From: Bdellovibrionota bacterium | Lineage (GTDB): Bacteria > Bdellovibrionota_C > UBA2361 > JBIKWN01 | DNA: 16,878 nt | Direction of reading: 5' to 3' | Assembly (NCBI GenBank): GCA_044356295.1 | Contig: JBIKWN010000054.1 | Location: 1 to 16,878, forward strand | Shown here: piece after piece, positions 7,555 to 14,215 of the stretch | Layout: the number at the start of each line of letters is the position of its first letter | Position numbering within the stretch: the first letter of the stretch is position 1 | Position numbers and translations under genes: made by a program | Notes under the pieces: model-generated | Database searches by the model: none | Told to the model about the DNA's origin: nothing | Seen by the model: only the letters and a program-made list of their open reading frames with translations

Positions 7555-7881
7555 GTGGCATCAGATATTAACCAGATATTACCAATTGCTCTTGGAGCAC
7601 TCGTAAACAACTCACAGCAAGCTTCAATTGCCGCATCTAGAACAAATGCTCTTCATTCTCCCCTAGCAAATATTCATCAGGTAACTCAGGCTATTGCTGC
7701 TCAGTCTGTCGCAAAAGTTAATGCTGACAAAAAAGAGCAAAGTGTTCAGATTCCGAAACGAAGCGAACCAAACTTTGGTGCGGACGACGATGAAAAGCCT
7801 CGTGATGAGGAGCAGTCCATTCAATCGAAAAGTAAGCCTCAATATAAAAAGGGCTCTGGTAATTTAGATTTAGTTGCCTAA
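7555..7881 (+). CDS. Small hypothetical protein ending GSGNLDLVA (YjfB/motility-associated-like C-terminal motif)
   Basis: ORF open 7537-7881, with probable start GTG 7555. Q/A-rich helical N-half, charged low-complexity C-half, terminal GxLDLVA. Confidence 0.65.
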   Translation: MASDINQILPIALGALVNNSQQASIAASRTNALHSPLANIHQVTQAIAAQSVAKVNADKKEQSVQIPKRSEPNFGADDDEKPRDEEQSIQSKSKPQYKKGSGNLDLVA

Positions 7882-7891
7882 TGTTTTTGAT

Positions 7892-8266
7892 ATGAGCCTT
7901 TTAAGAGTAAAAATTCTAGGAATTTTACTGATGGCAGTTTGTGTTTTTCAGTTCGTGATTAATTACTCACTGAGGCAGGCAAATACTTGGGATTCCAAAC
8001 CTGAGGATAAAGTCATAGTCGAAAAACTAGACCGAGAATCCAATCGGTCGTACGGGGTAAAAACAAAACTTTCCGAAATGCCAGAATGGCAATTTTACCG
8101 AATTAAAGGGTTATCACATACAAGCGCAGAGCACGTTTTTAAGAACCGAGATTTAATTCTAAAAGAAATTCGAAGTAGTAAGGATGCTGTGAAAGTGCTT
8201 ACTTCCTTTAAAGGAATCGGTGAGTCCACAGCACAGAAGCTGCTAGATCAAGTATCAATGGAATAG
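7892..8266 (+). CDS. Helix-hairpin-helix (ComEA-like) protein with N-terminal TM segment
   Basis: N-terminal hydrophobic helix (ILGILLMAVCVFQFVI). Two HhH-like motifs, RIKGLSHTSAEHV and SFKGIGESTAQKL. Likely ATG 7892, 10 nt after the previous stop. Confidence 0.7.
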   Translation: MSLLRVKILGILLMAVCVFQFVINYSLRQANTWDSKPEDKVIVEKLDRESNRSYGVKTKLSEMPEWQFYRIKGLSHTSAEHVFKNRDLILKEIRSSKDAVKVLTSFKGIGESTAQKLLDQVSME

Positions 8267-8384
8267 CTTTTTTGCTTCAATTCCATAAGAAAAATTCTTA
8301 TACATTTCCATTTACAGAAGCGACTTTCTTTTATTTCAATACGTTAGACTGGGCAAAAAATTAATAAATTTAGCTCCCATTTCT

Positions 8385-8411
8385 TAACAAGACTCAACTT
8401 TCCGCCGTACT
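8385..8411 (+). promoter_or_regulatory. Candidate sigma28 (FliA) promoter of flagellin
   Basis: TAAC(8385-8388)-N15-GCCGTACT(8404-8411) versus consensus TAAA-N15-GCCGATAA. Spacing is exact and it lies directly upstream of a flagellin gene. Confidence 0.45.
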
Positions 8412-8417
8412 TAGTAA

Positions 8418-8496
8418 TCACAGGAGTGGATATTTTTATAATACAACTTCTGTAACTCGCAAAAAGAACAAAGACAAAGAAAAGGAGTTTTTTGTC
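8418..8496 (+). promoter_or_regulatory. Flagellin 5' leader with two GGA-loop hairpins (CsrA/RsmA-type sites)
   Basis: TCAC-AGGA-GTGG (8418-8429), and GACAAAGAA-AAGGAG-TTTTTTGTC (8473-8496), which places the Shine-Dalgarno in a hexaloop. Confidence 0.55.
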
Positions 8497-8498
8497 CA

Positions 8499-9359
8499 GT
8501 GGGCCTTTCGATTCGAACCAACATCGATTCACTCGTAGCGCAAGGAAACTTGCGAAGGGCTTCGAACGATCTTAGCAAAACATATGAAAGACTCTCATCT
8601 GGAATGAGAATCAATAGTGCAAGCGATGATCCCGCAGGATTAGCCTTGGCTTCTAAGCTTGAAGCTGATACGAGAATTGCATCAGTTGCTGTTCGAAATG
8701 CTAATGATGGAATATCAGTAACAAGTATTGCTGATTCTGCTCTTGATGAAATTAATAATTCTCTCTCTCGAATGCTTGAACTTGCGATGCAAAGCGCAAA
8801 TACAACGCAGACTACCGCTCAGCGTTCTAGTATCAACTTAGAATTCGTAGCGCTTGGTTCTGAAATTGATAGAATTTCAAGAACGGTTTCGTTTAACAAT
8901 ATTACACTTCTTTCAAATAGCAGAGATATTTCAATTCAAGTTGGAATGGACTCAACGTCGAACTCATTAATTACGATTCCAAGCGTTCGTGCAACGTTAG
9001 ACTCTCTTGGATTAGCAGCAACCGGTGGTAGTTCTCTTGTGTATTCGTTAATGACTACATCAGATGCAGGATCAGCATTTGCGTCTACTAATAGCCTTTC
9101 AGCTATTCAAAATGCTATGACAAGTCTGACAACAGTTCGAGGAACAATTGGGGCATCACAAAGTCGATTAACAAGAGCTCTAGGTTATCTAGAAGTTGCA
9201 AGAGAAAATTTTGCTGCAGCAGCTAGTAAGATCAGAGACATTGATGTTGCAGAAGAAACTGCAAAAATGGTAGCGCTGCAGGTTATTCAACAATCTGCTA
9301 CTGCAGTTATGGCTCAGGCGAACCAGACTCCACGGTTGGTCTTAGATTTGTTGAAGTAG
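8499..9359 (+). CDS. fliC: Flagellin (short, D0/D1-dominated)
   Basis: N-terminal IRTNI…ERLSSGMRINSASDDPAGL…RNANDGIS; C-terminal RGTIGASQSRL…SKIRDIDVAEE…AQANQTPRLVLDLL. 286 aa, GTG start, SD AAGGAG at 8482-8487. Confidence 0.96.
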   Translation: MGLSIRTNIDSLVAQGNLRRASNDLSKTYERLSSGMRINSASDDPAGLALASKLEADTRIASVAVRNANDGISVTSIADSALDEINNSLSRMLELAMQSANTTQTTAQRSSINLEFVALGSEIDRISRTVSFNNITLLSNSRDISIQVGMDSTSNSLITIPSVRATLDSLGLAATGGSSLVYSLMTTSDAGSAFASTNSLSAIQNAMTSLTTVRGTIGASQSRLTRALGYLEVARENFAAAASKIRDIDVAEETAKMVALQVIQQSATAVMAQANQTPRLVLDLLK

Positions 9360-9385
9360 TTATTGAAAATCGAAACTAATAGAAC

Positions 9386-9844
9386 CTATAAAATACCCAA
9401 CACTTCATCGGCATGCCCCTTTGGAGAAACATCTTCGAACAGCGCAATAATCTTATTATCTTCACTTAAAACAAAAGTCTTTCGAAAGATTCCCATATAC
9501 TCTCTTCCCATAAACTTCTTTTTTCCGTACGTATTAAACTGTTTAGCAATTGAAAAATCACTATCAGTCAAAAGGATATGAGCAAGATTATATTTTTCGC
9601 AAAACTTCTTTTTAGTTTTATCAGTGCCACCTGAAATGCCGATAACGACAGTTTTTTTACGCTTAAATTTAGCAAGAGCGTCAGAGAACTCTTTAGATTC
9701 AATGGTACATCCAGGTGTATCATCTTTTGGGTAAAAATAAATTACTTTCTTTTTACCTTTAAAATCTTTGAGGCTTACCTCACCACCATCTTTATCAGTT
9801 AATGTGAAGTCTGAAACTTTTTTTCCAAGAGATATTTTAGCCAT
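9386..9844 (-). CDS. bcp: Peroxiredoxin, BCP/PrxQ family
   Basis: YFYPKDDTPGCTIE peroxidatic motif, KKKFMGREYMGIFRKTFV, GHADEVL. Probable ATG 9844 overlapping the acyl-CoA dehydrogenase stop by 8 nt (152 aa). Confidence 0.92.
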   Translation of the reverse strand: MAKISLGKKVSDFTLTDKDGGEVSLKDFKGKKKVIYFYPKDDTPGCTIESKEFSDALAKFKRKKTVVIGISGGTDKTKKKFCEKYNLAHILLTDSDFSIAKQFNTYGKKKFMGREYMGIFRKTFVLSEDNKIIALFEDVSPKGHADEVLGIL

Positions 9845-11606
9845 GGTCCAAAGTATCGAATGGATATCTTTTATTTTCAAGTATTCGTTTGGAAATTGAA
9901 TCAGCTAGTTTGATATGAGCAACATCTTCATTCTTATCAAGCCTTCTTAAGTTTTGATTAATTCTTCTTTTGGCTTGTTGAGTAAAAATCTTTGCGATTT
10001 CAATTTCATCACGACATTCTTCTATCGTTGACTCTTCTATTTGGGTACTCACTCTTGAGATAACACATAAACAGGCAAAGAGATCTATTGCACAATCTGA
10101 AAGTCGCTTAGAAATAATTTGCGAGCCTACGATTTTTTTTCCAAGTTTTTTTACAACTTCTTCTGTTTTTGCAGAAAACGCAGCTACGTATTCTTCTAGA
10201 ATTTCTGATTCTTGCTGAAATACTTCGTGAGCTCGGTCGATTTTTGGACGGCCAAAAGAGGAAAACTCAGAAACTTTTTTTCCTGCATATTCCTTAAACA
10301 AGCCATACCCTTTAATCGGATGTGAAAAAACATCTTTAATCCCTTTCTGGAGATCTTTTAGGTAGGTGGCTATATCATTAATTGCTGAGAGCGCGATGTA
10401 TATTCGAAGTATTTCATTCGTACCTTCAAAGATAAGATTGATTCTAGAATCTCGAACAATCACTTCGTATGGATACTCTTTCATAAATCCATTTCCGCCT
10501 GCAATCTGAAGCGCTTCGTTACCAACGTACCATAGCGATTCACTGGCAAAGATCTTACTCATTGCAGCTTCAACAGAATAATCTTCAAAACCTGAATCAA
10601 TATAATATCCAACCATTGAAACGATACTTTCTGTGACATAGCACTGAATAGTCATCTGAGAGATCTTTTCTTTAATCAGTTGATACTCACTAATTGATTT
10701 CCCAAATTGTTTACGTTGATCCGCTTGATGAACAGCAGCAATAATGGATCGCTTCATAGCACCAACGCATCCACCTCCAAGCCCAGTTCGGCCATTATTA
10801 AGAATCGCCATTGCTACTTTAAAACCCTTGCCCTCTTCTCCAAGGACATTTTCTGCAGGAATTTTCATATCCTGAAAAACAATCGTTGAAGTTGCAGATG
10901 CACGAATTCCCATTTTATCTTCTTTGACGCCATGAGTAAGACCAGCGCCTCGCTCAACAATAAATCCAGTAATTTTTCCAGCGTCGCTATCAGTTCTGGC
11001 AAAGACTGTGAAAAAATCAGCAATCGGTCCATTAGTTATCCAAAGTTTTTCTCCGTTTAAAACAAAAGATCCATCAGATTGTTTAACTGCAGTAGTTTTA
11101 ATTGAAGCAGCGTCAGAGCCAGCACCAGGTTCTGTTAAACAAAAAGCTGCAATCATTTCACCTGTTGAAAGTTTGGGAAGATATTTTTCTTTTTGGGCAT
11201 CAGTTCCAAAAAGTAACAGTCCCTTCATCCCGATCGAGCTATGGGCACCAACTGTAAGACTTGTTGAGCCATCATAGGTTGTGACTTGCTGGAGCACTCG
11301 TGAGTACCCTGAGTTTGATAAACCAATACCTCCGTATTCTTCTGGAATAATTAAACCAAACAGACCTAATTCTTTTAGTTCATTTATATAGTCACTCGGC
11401 TGGCCCCCTTTTTGGTCATACTCCCGAAAATGAAGCGCCTTAGATTGCATAAACTTATCAACGGACTCCAGAACCATTGAAATGGTTTCTTGCTCTTGTT
11501 TTGAAATTTTGGGAAACGGAAAAAAATTATCTTGTTCTACTTTTCCAAGAAAAAGTAATTTTGCAGCTGATAAATCAAGTTTAGGGGGGTGCGTAGTGTC
11601 CTTCAT
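9837..11606 (-). CDS. Acyl-CoA dehydrogenase, long form (VLCAD/ACAD9-like)
   Basis: IPEEYGGIG, AAFCLTEPGAGSDA, LNGEKLWITNG, KMGIRASAT, RKQFGK, ALQIAGGNGF, IFEGTNEI, plus a C-terminal extension typical of roughly 590-aa members. Confidence 0.93.
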   Translation of the reverse strand: MKDTTHPPKLDLSAAKLLFLGKVEQDNFFPFPKISKQEQETISMVLESVDKFMQSKALHFREYDQKGGQPSDYINELKELGLFGLIIPEEYGGIGLSNSGYSRVLQQVTTYDGSTSLTVGAHSSIGMKGLLLFGTDAQKEKYLPKLSTGEMIAAFCLTEPGAGSDAASIKTTAVKQSDGSFVLNGEKLWITNGPIADFFTVFARTDSDAGKITGFIVERGAGLTHGVKEDKMGIRASATSTIVFQDMKIPAENVLGEEGKGFKVAMAILNNGRTGLGGGCVGAMKRSIIAAVHQADQRKQFGKSISEYQLIKEKISQMTIQCYVTESIVSMVGYYIDSGFEDYSVEAAMSKIFASESLWYVGNEALQIAGGNGFMKEYPYEVIVRDSRINLIFEGTNEILRIYIALSAINDIATYLKDLQKGIKDVFSHPIKGYGLFKEYAGKKVSEFSSFGRPKIDRAHEVFQQESEILEEYVAAFSAKTEEVVKKLGKKIVGSQIISKRLSDCAIDLFACLCVISRVSTQIEESTIEECRDEIEIAKIFTQQAKRRINQNLRRLDKNEDVAHIKLADSISKRILENKRYPFDTLDHG

Positions 11607-11690
11607 ACACCTATTCTATCCTTACTTTTACCGGTTGAGGTATTGGATTTTATTATGAGATTCTATAACAATACCCCCTGTTTGATATTT

Positions 11691-13511
11691 ATGCCAAGTG
11701 CCAGAACAACACAGCGATCCTCTGTTATAGCTAGAATTAAAGCATTCTCACTTGTCTCGGTTTTTTTCAGTTGTTTACAATCCCCGCTCTTTACCCTAGC
11801 GGATCCACAGGATCCTAAGGATATAGTCTACACAAAAGATGGAATTGAAAATCTTGAAAAGTTCGAGGGCAAAACTATACGAAATATTACTATTAACGTT
11901 ACAGATGTATTCGAAGAACCTACCGATAATCGATTATTCGCTACTGCAAATTCGATCAAAATTAATACGAATGACTCAGTAGTTCGAAGGGAATTACTCT
12001 TTAAAGAAGGCGATACCTTTAGTGCTTTCCGAATAAAGGAATCTGAAAGAGTACTCAGACAGCTCCGTTTCAATCGTGATCCAATCATTACCCCAAAAAT
12101 GGTTGGCGATTATGTCGATATTGATGTCAAAACTCAGGATACGTGGACGTTAATTCCTACTTTTAATTATTCATCTGGTGATGGTTCGGGTTCAAAGAGT
12201 GTTGGAATCTCTGAGTCTAATATATTAGGTCTAGGAAAACGTGCTGAGCTACTCGTCTCAGACGAAGAAAACCGACGAACCTTTGAAGGGATCTATGACG
12301 ATTGGAGAGTAATGAACTCAAAGGTTCGAATGGTTCTCGCCAATTTTTACAGAGCTGACGGAAATAGATTTGTAGGCTTGATTGAGTCTCCTTATAGAAC
12401 CTTACTTGATAAACACTCTTGGTCATTTGATGCTGATATTGCTGATAACATAGGGAAACTCTGGTCCGGAGGGAATGAACGTTTTATTTATCGTCGTAAT
12501 TCTGTTGACCTAGGCGCAAATTACAGCTGGAGCCTTGGACCTCGTGAACATCAAGAAAGAATTACGCTCGGTCTTGATTATGAAGATAGCGAATTCAAAC
12601 TTCCAACTGCACAAGATTATATTGATGCAAATGTCGATCAAAGTGACATCGTTGAAGATCCGACTTTATTAGCTAAAAATCGAAAATTTGTTGGGCCACG
12701 ATTTTCTTATGAATCGCTTGAACCTCGTTTTATTCAGATGAGGTATATTGATAGGTTCGATCGTCCTGACGATTACGATATCGGAAGAAACTTTAGCTTC
12801 TCTGGAACTACGGCATTCAGCGAACTTGGCTCAATAGAAGACGCCTTGCTTTTCAACCTAAATCAAACAGCAGGAATGAAATTCAGTAGTTCATCATTTC
12901 TACGTGGTGAACTTGGTTTTTCTGGAAGAAATACGTACGGGGATTTTGAAAACACTCTTTTTCGTGCTGAAAGCAAATATTACAACGTACTTGGTGATGT
13001 AAGAGTTAAAGATATCTTTCTTGGTAAACATACATTGGCATTCGGTTATTCACTCGATTTTGCAAATAAACTTGATCAAGATAGAGAATTCCTTTTAGGT
13101 GCCGATTCGGGGCTTCGCGGATATGACTCTCGAACGTTTACTGGTGATAAACGTTTTATCTTAAATATAGAAGATAGAGTTCACATTGCAGAGGATGTTT
13201 GGAAGCTCATGAGCTTTGGTGCAGCAGCTTTTGTCGATGTTGGTGGCTCAACGTATGATTCATTTAGCTCTTTATTTAAAGAGGACCTCTATGGTGATGC
13301 AGGTATAGGACTTCGTTTTGCTTTTCCTCGATCCTCTGGTGGACGAACGCTTCGAATCGATTTTGCAGTTCCATTCAGAGATGGGCAAGACGGCTCAAAC
13401 GCATATGAAGTTCGTTTGATTTTTGCAGGTGGTCAAACTTTTAGCGCGAGAACCCGAAGCGAGCAAATCGGTACTCAGAAAGCTAATGTTGAAGTTGGAA
13501 CTGACCGCTAA
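11691..13511 (+). CDS. Omp85/BamA-TamA superfamily outer membrane protein (POTRA + beta-barrel)
   Basis: POTRA-like 'TNDSVVRRELLFKEGD…ESERVLRQL', 'ESNILGLG', L6 motif GLRGYD, 'AAFVDVG…DAGIGLRF…LRIDFAVP'. Start uncertain (ATG 11655 or 11691). Signal-like FSLVSVFFSCLQSPLFTLA. Confidence 0.85.
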   Translation: MPSARTTQRSSVIARIKAFSLVSVFFSCLQSPLFTLADPQDPKDIVYTKDGIENLEKFEGKTIRNITINVTDVFEEPTDNRLFATANSIKINTNDSVVRRELLFKEGDTFSAFRIKESERVLRQLRFNRDPIITPKMVGDYVDIDVKTQDTWTLIPTFNYSSGDGSGSKSVGISESNILGLGKRAELLVSDEENRRTFEGIYDDWRVMNSKVRMVLANFYRADGNRFVGLIESPYRTLLDKHSWSFDADIADNIGKLWSGGNERFIYRRNSVDLGANYSWSLGPREHQERITLGLDYEDSEFKLPTAQDYIDANVDQSDIVEDPTLLAKNRKFVGPRFSYESLEPRFIQMRYIDRFDRPDDYDIGRNFSFSGTTAFSELGSIEDALLFNLNQTAGMKFSSSSFLRGELGFSGRNTYGDFENTLFRAESKYYNVLGDVRVKDIFLGKHTLAFGYSLDFANKLDQDREFLLGADSGLRGYDSRTFTGDKRFILNIEDRVHIAEDVWKLMSFGAAAFVDVGGSTYDSFSSLFKEDLYGDAGIGLRFAFPRSSGGRTLRIDFAVPFRDGQDGSNAYEVRLIFAGGQTFSARTRSEQIGTQKANVEVGTDR

Positions 13512-13512
13512 A

Positions 13513-13839
13513 TTAATCCCAGTTTTTGAACAGCTCTTTTTTTAGCTTTGTAACGTTTTCGCCTTCTGTACTTTCTTTCAGCCCTGCTACAACGAGAACC
13601 TTATTAGGATTTACACGTAAAAAGTCGCAAATTGAAAGGAACGAGAAGATATAATCATCTTCTGGACTGAGGAAAAACTCGGTGGCTTTTCGCTTTTCAT
13701 ACCCTTTTTTCTTCACATCGTTTAGTGCCCCTACCAGGATGGCCCGCAGAAGCTCCTTCTCTGGATTAGAGGTATCATAAGGCTCAAATTCCTCGAACCC
13801 CTTGAAATCTATATTGTTTTTCTGTTCTTTATCACTCAT
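13513..13839 (-). CDS. Conserved-looking hypothetical protein (108 aa)
   Basis: ATG start, fills the gap between genes. Helical pattern PEKELLRAILVGALND…ATEFFLS…DYIFSFLSICDFLRVNP. Confidence 0.7.
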   Translation of the reverse strand: MSDKEQKNNIDFKGFEEFEPYDTSNPEKELLRAILVGALNDVKKKGYEKRKATEFFLSPEDDYIFSFLSICDFLRVNPNKVLVVAGLKESTEGENVTKLKKELFKNWD

Positions 13840-13861
13840 AGCTACTTTACTTCCCAGGGTA

Positions 13862-13889
13862 TCATCGACAGATAAACCCTTGTTCTTGA
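13862..13889 (-). promoter_or_regulatory. Candidate sigma28-type promoter for the 108-aa gene
   Basis: Minus strand TCAAG(13889-13885)-N15-GTCGATGA(13869-13862), 22 nt upstream of ATG 13839. Confidence 0.4.
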
Positions 13890-14004
13890 TTAGATGACTC
13901 TAAAAAAAAATCTGTTTAAGAATTTTCTAGCTTTTTCCGACCTACATAATATCGACGAAGGATTGTCGATACTCACCATAATCATATGTGCCAAGGAGGG
14001 CCAA

Positions 14005-14208
14005 ATGAAAATTGAACGTATCTATACTAGAGGTAGTTCCGTGGATCGATTAGATCCCGATAGCAAAAAGAAACACCGCGATTTCCGCGAGGAAAAGAAT
14101 CGTGATGGTTTATCTGAACATTTTGAAGAAGATGAAAAGATAGAAATCATCGATACTGCAGCGGCAACGAATCAACTCGATAAAAAGAAAATTGATCTGA
14201 TTGTGTAG
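14005..14208 (+). CDS. Small charged hypothetical protein (67 aa) ending KKIDLIV
   Basis: Strong SD AAGGAGG (13993-13999) 5 nt before ATG 14005. MKIERIYTRG…DKKKIDLIV. Confidence 0.7.
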   Translation: MKIERIYTRGSSVDRLDPDSKKKHRDFREEKNRDGLSEHFEEDEKIEIIDTAAATNQLDKKKIDLIV

Positions 14209-14215
14209 TATCATA

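Noticed and set aside
8334..8366. IHF-like site TTTCAATACGTTA plus possible sigma54 promoter (GGCA at 8352) upstream of flagellin
   Set aside because: There is no GC at the -12 position (GG-N10-GC fails). The IHF-like match has a mismatch and is expected by chance in AT-rich DNA.
8344..8614. Minus-strand ORFs 8344-8532 and 8411-8614
   Set aside because: They overlap the flagellin promoter, leader and start antisense, and have no protein-like features.
11589..11654. Track start of the Omp85 ORF overlapping the acyl-CoA dehydrogenase start
   Set aside because: A head-to-head overlap leaves no promoter space, and the signal-peptide position favours ATG 11655 or 11691.
13894..14004. N-terminal extension of the 104-aa ORF
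   Set aside because: AAGGAGG directly precedes ATG 14005, and the extension covers the divergent promoter region.
7555..14208. Small charged ORFs (7555-7881, 14005-14208) as the Pup/UBact modifier
   Set aside because: They are disordered-looking, but end in LDLVA and IDLIV rather than GG[EQ] or R[ST]G[EQ], and lie far from the ligase-family gene.
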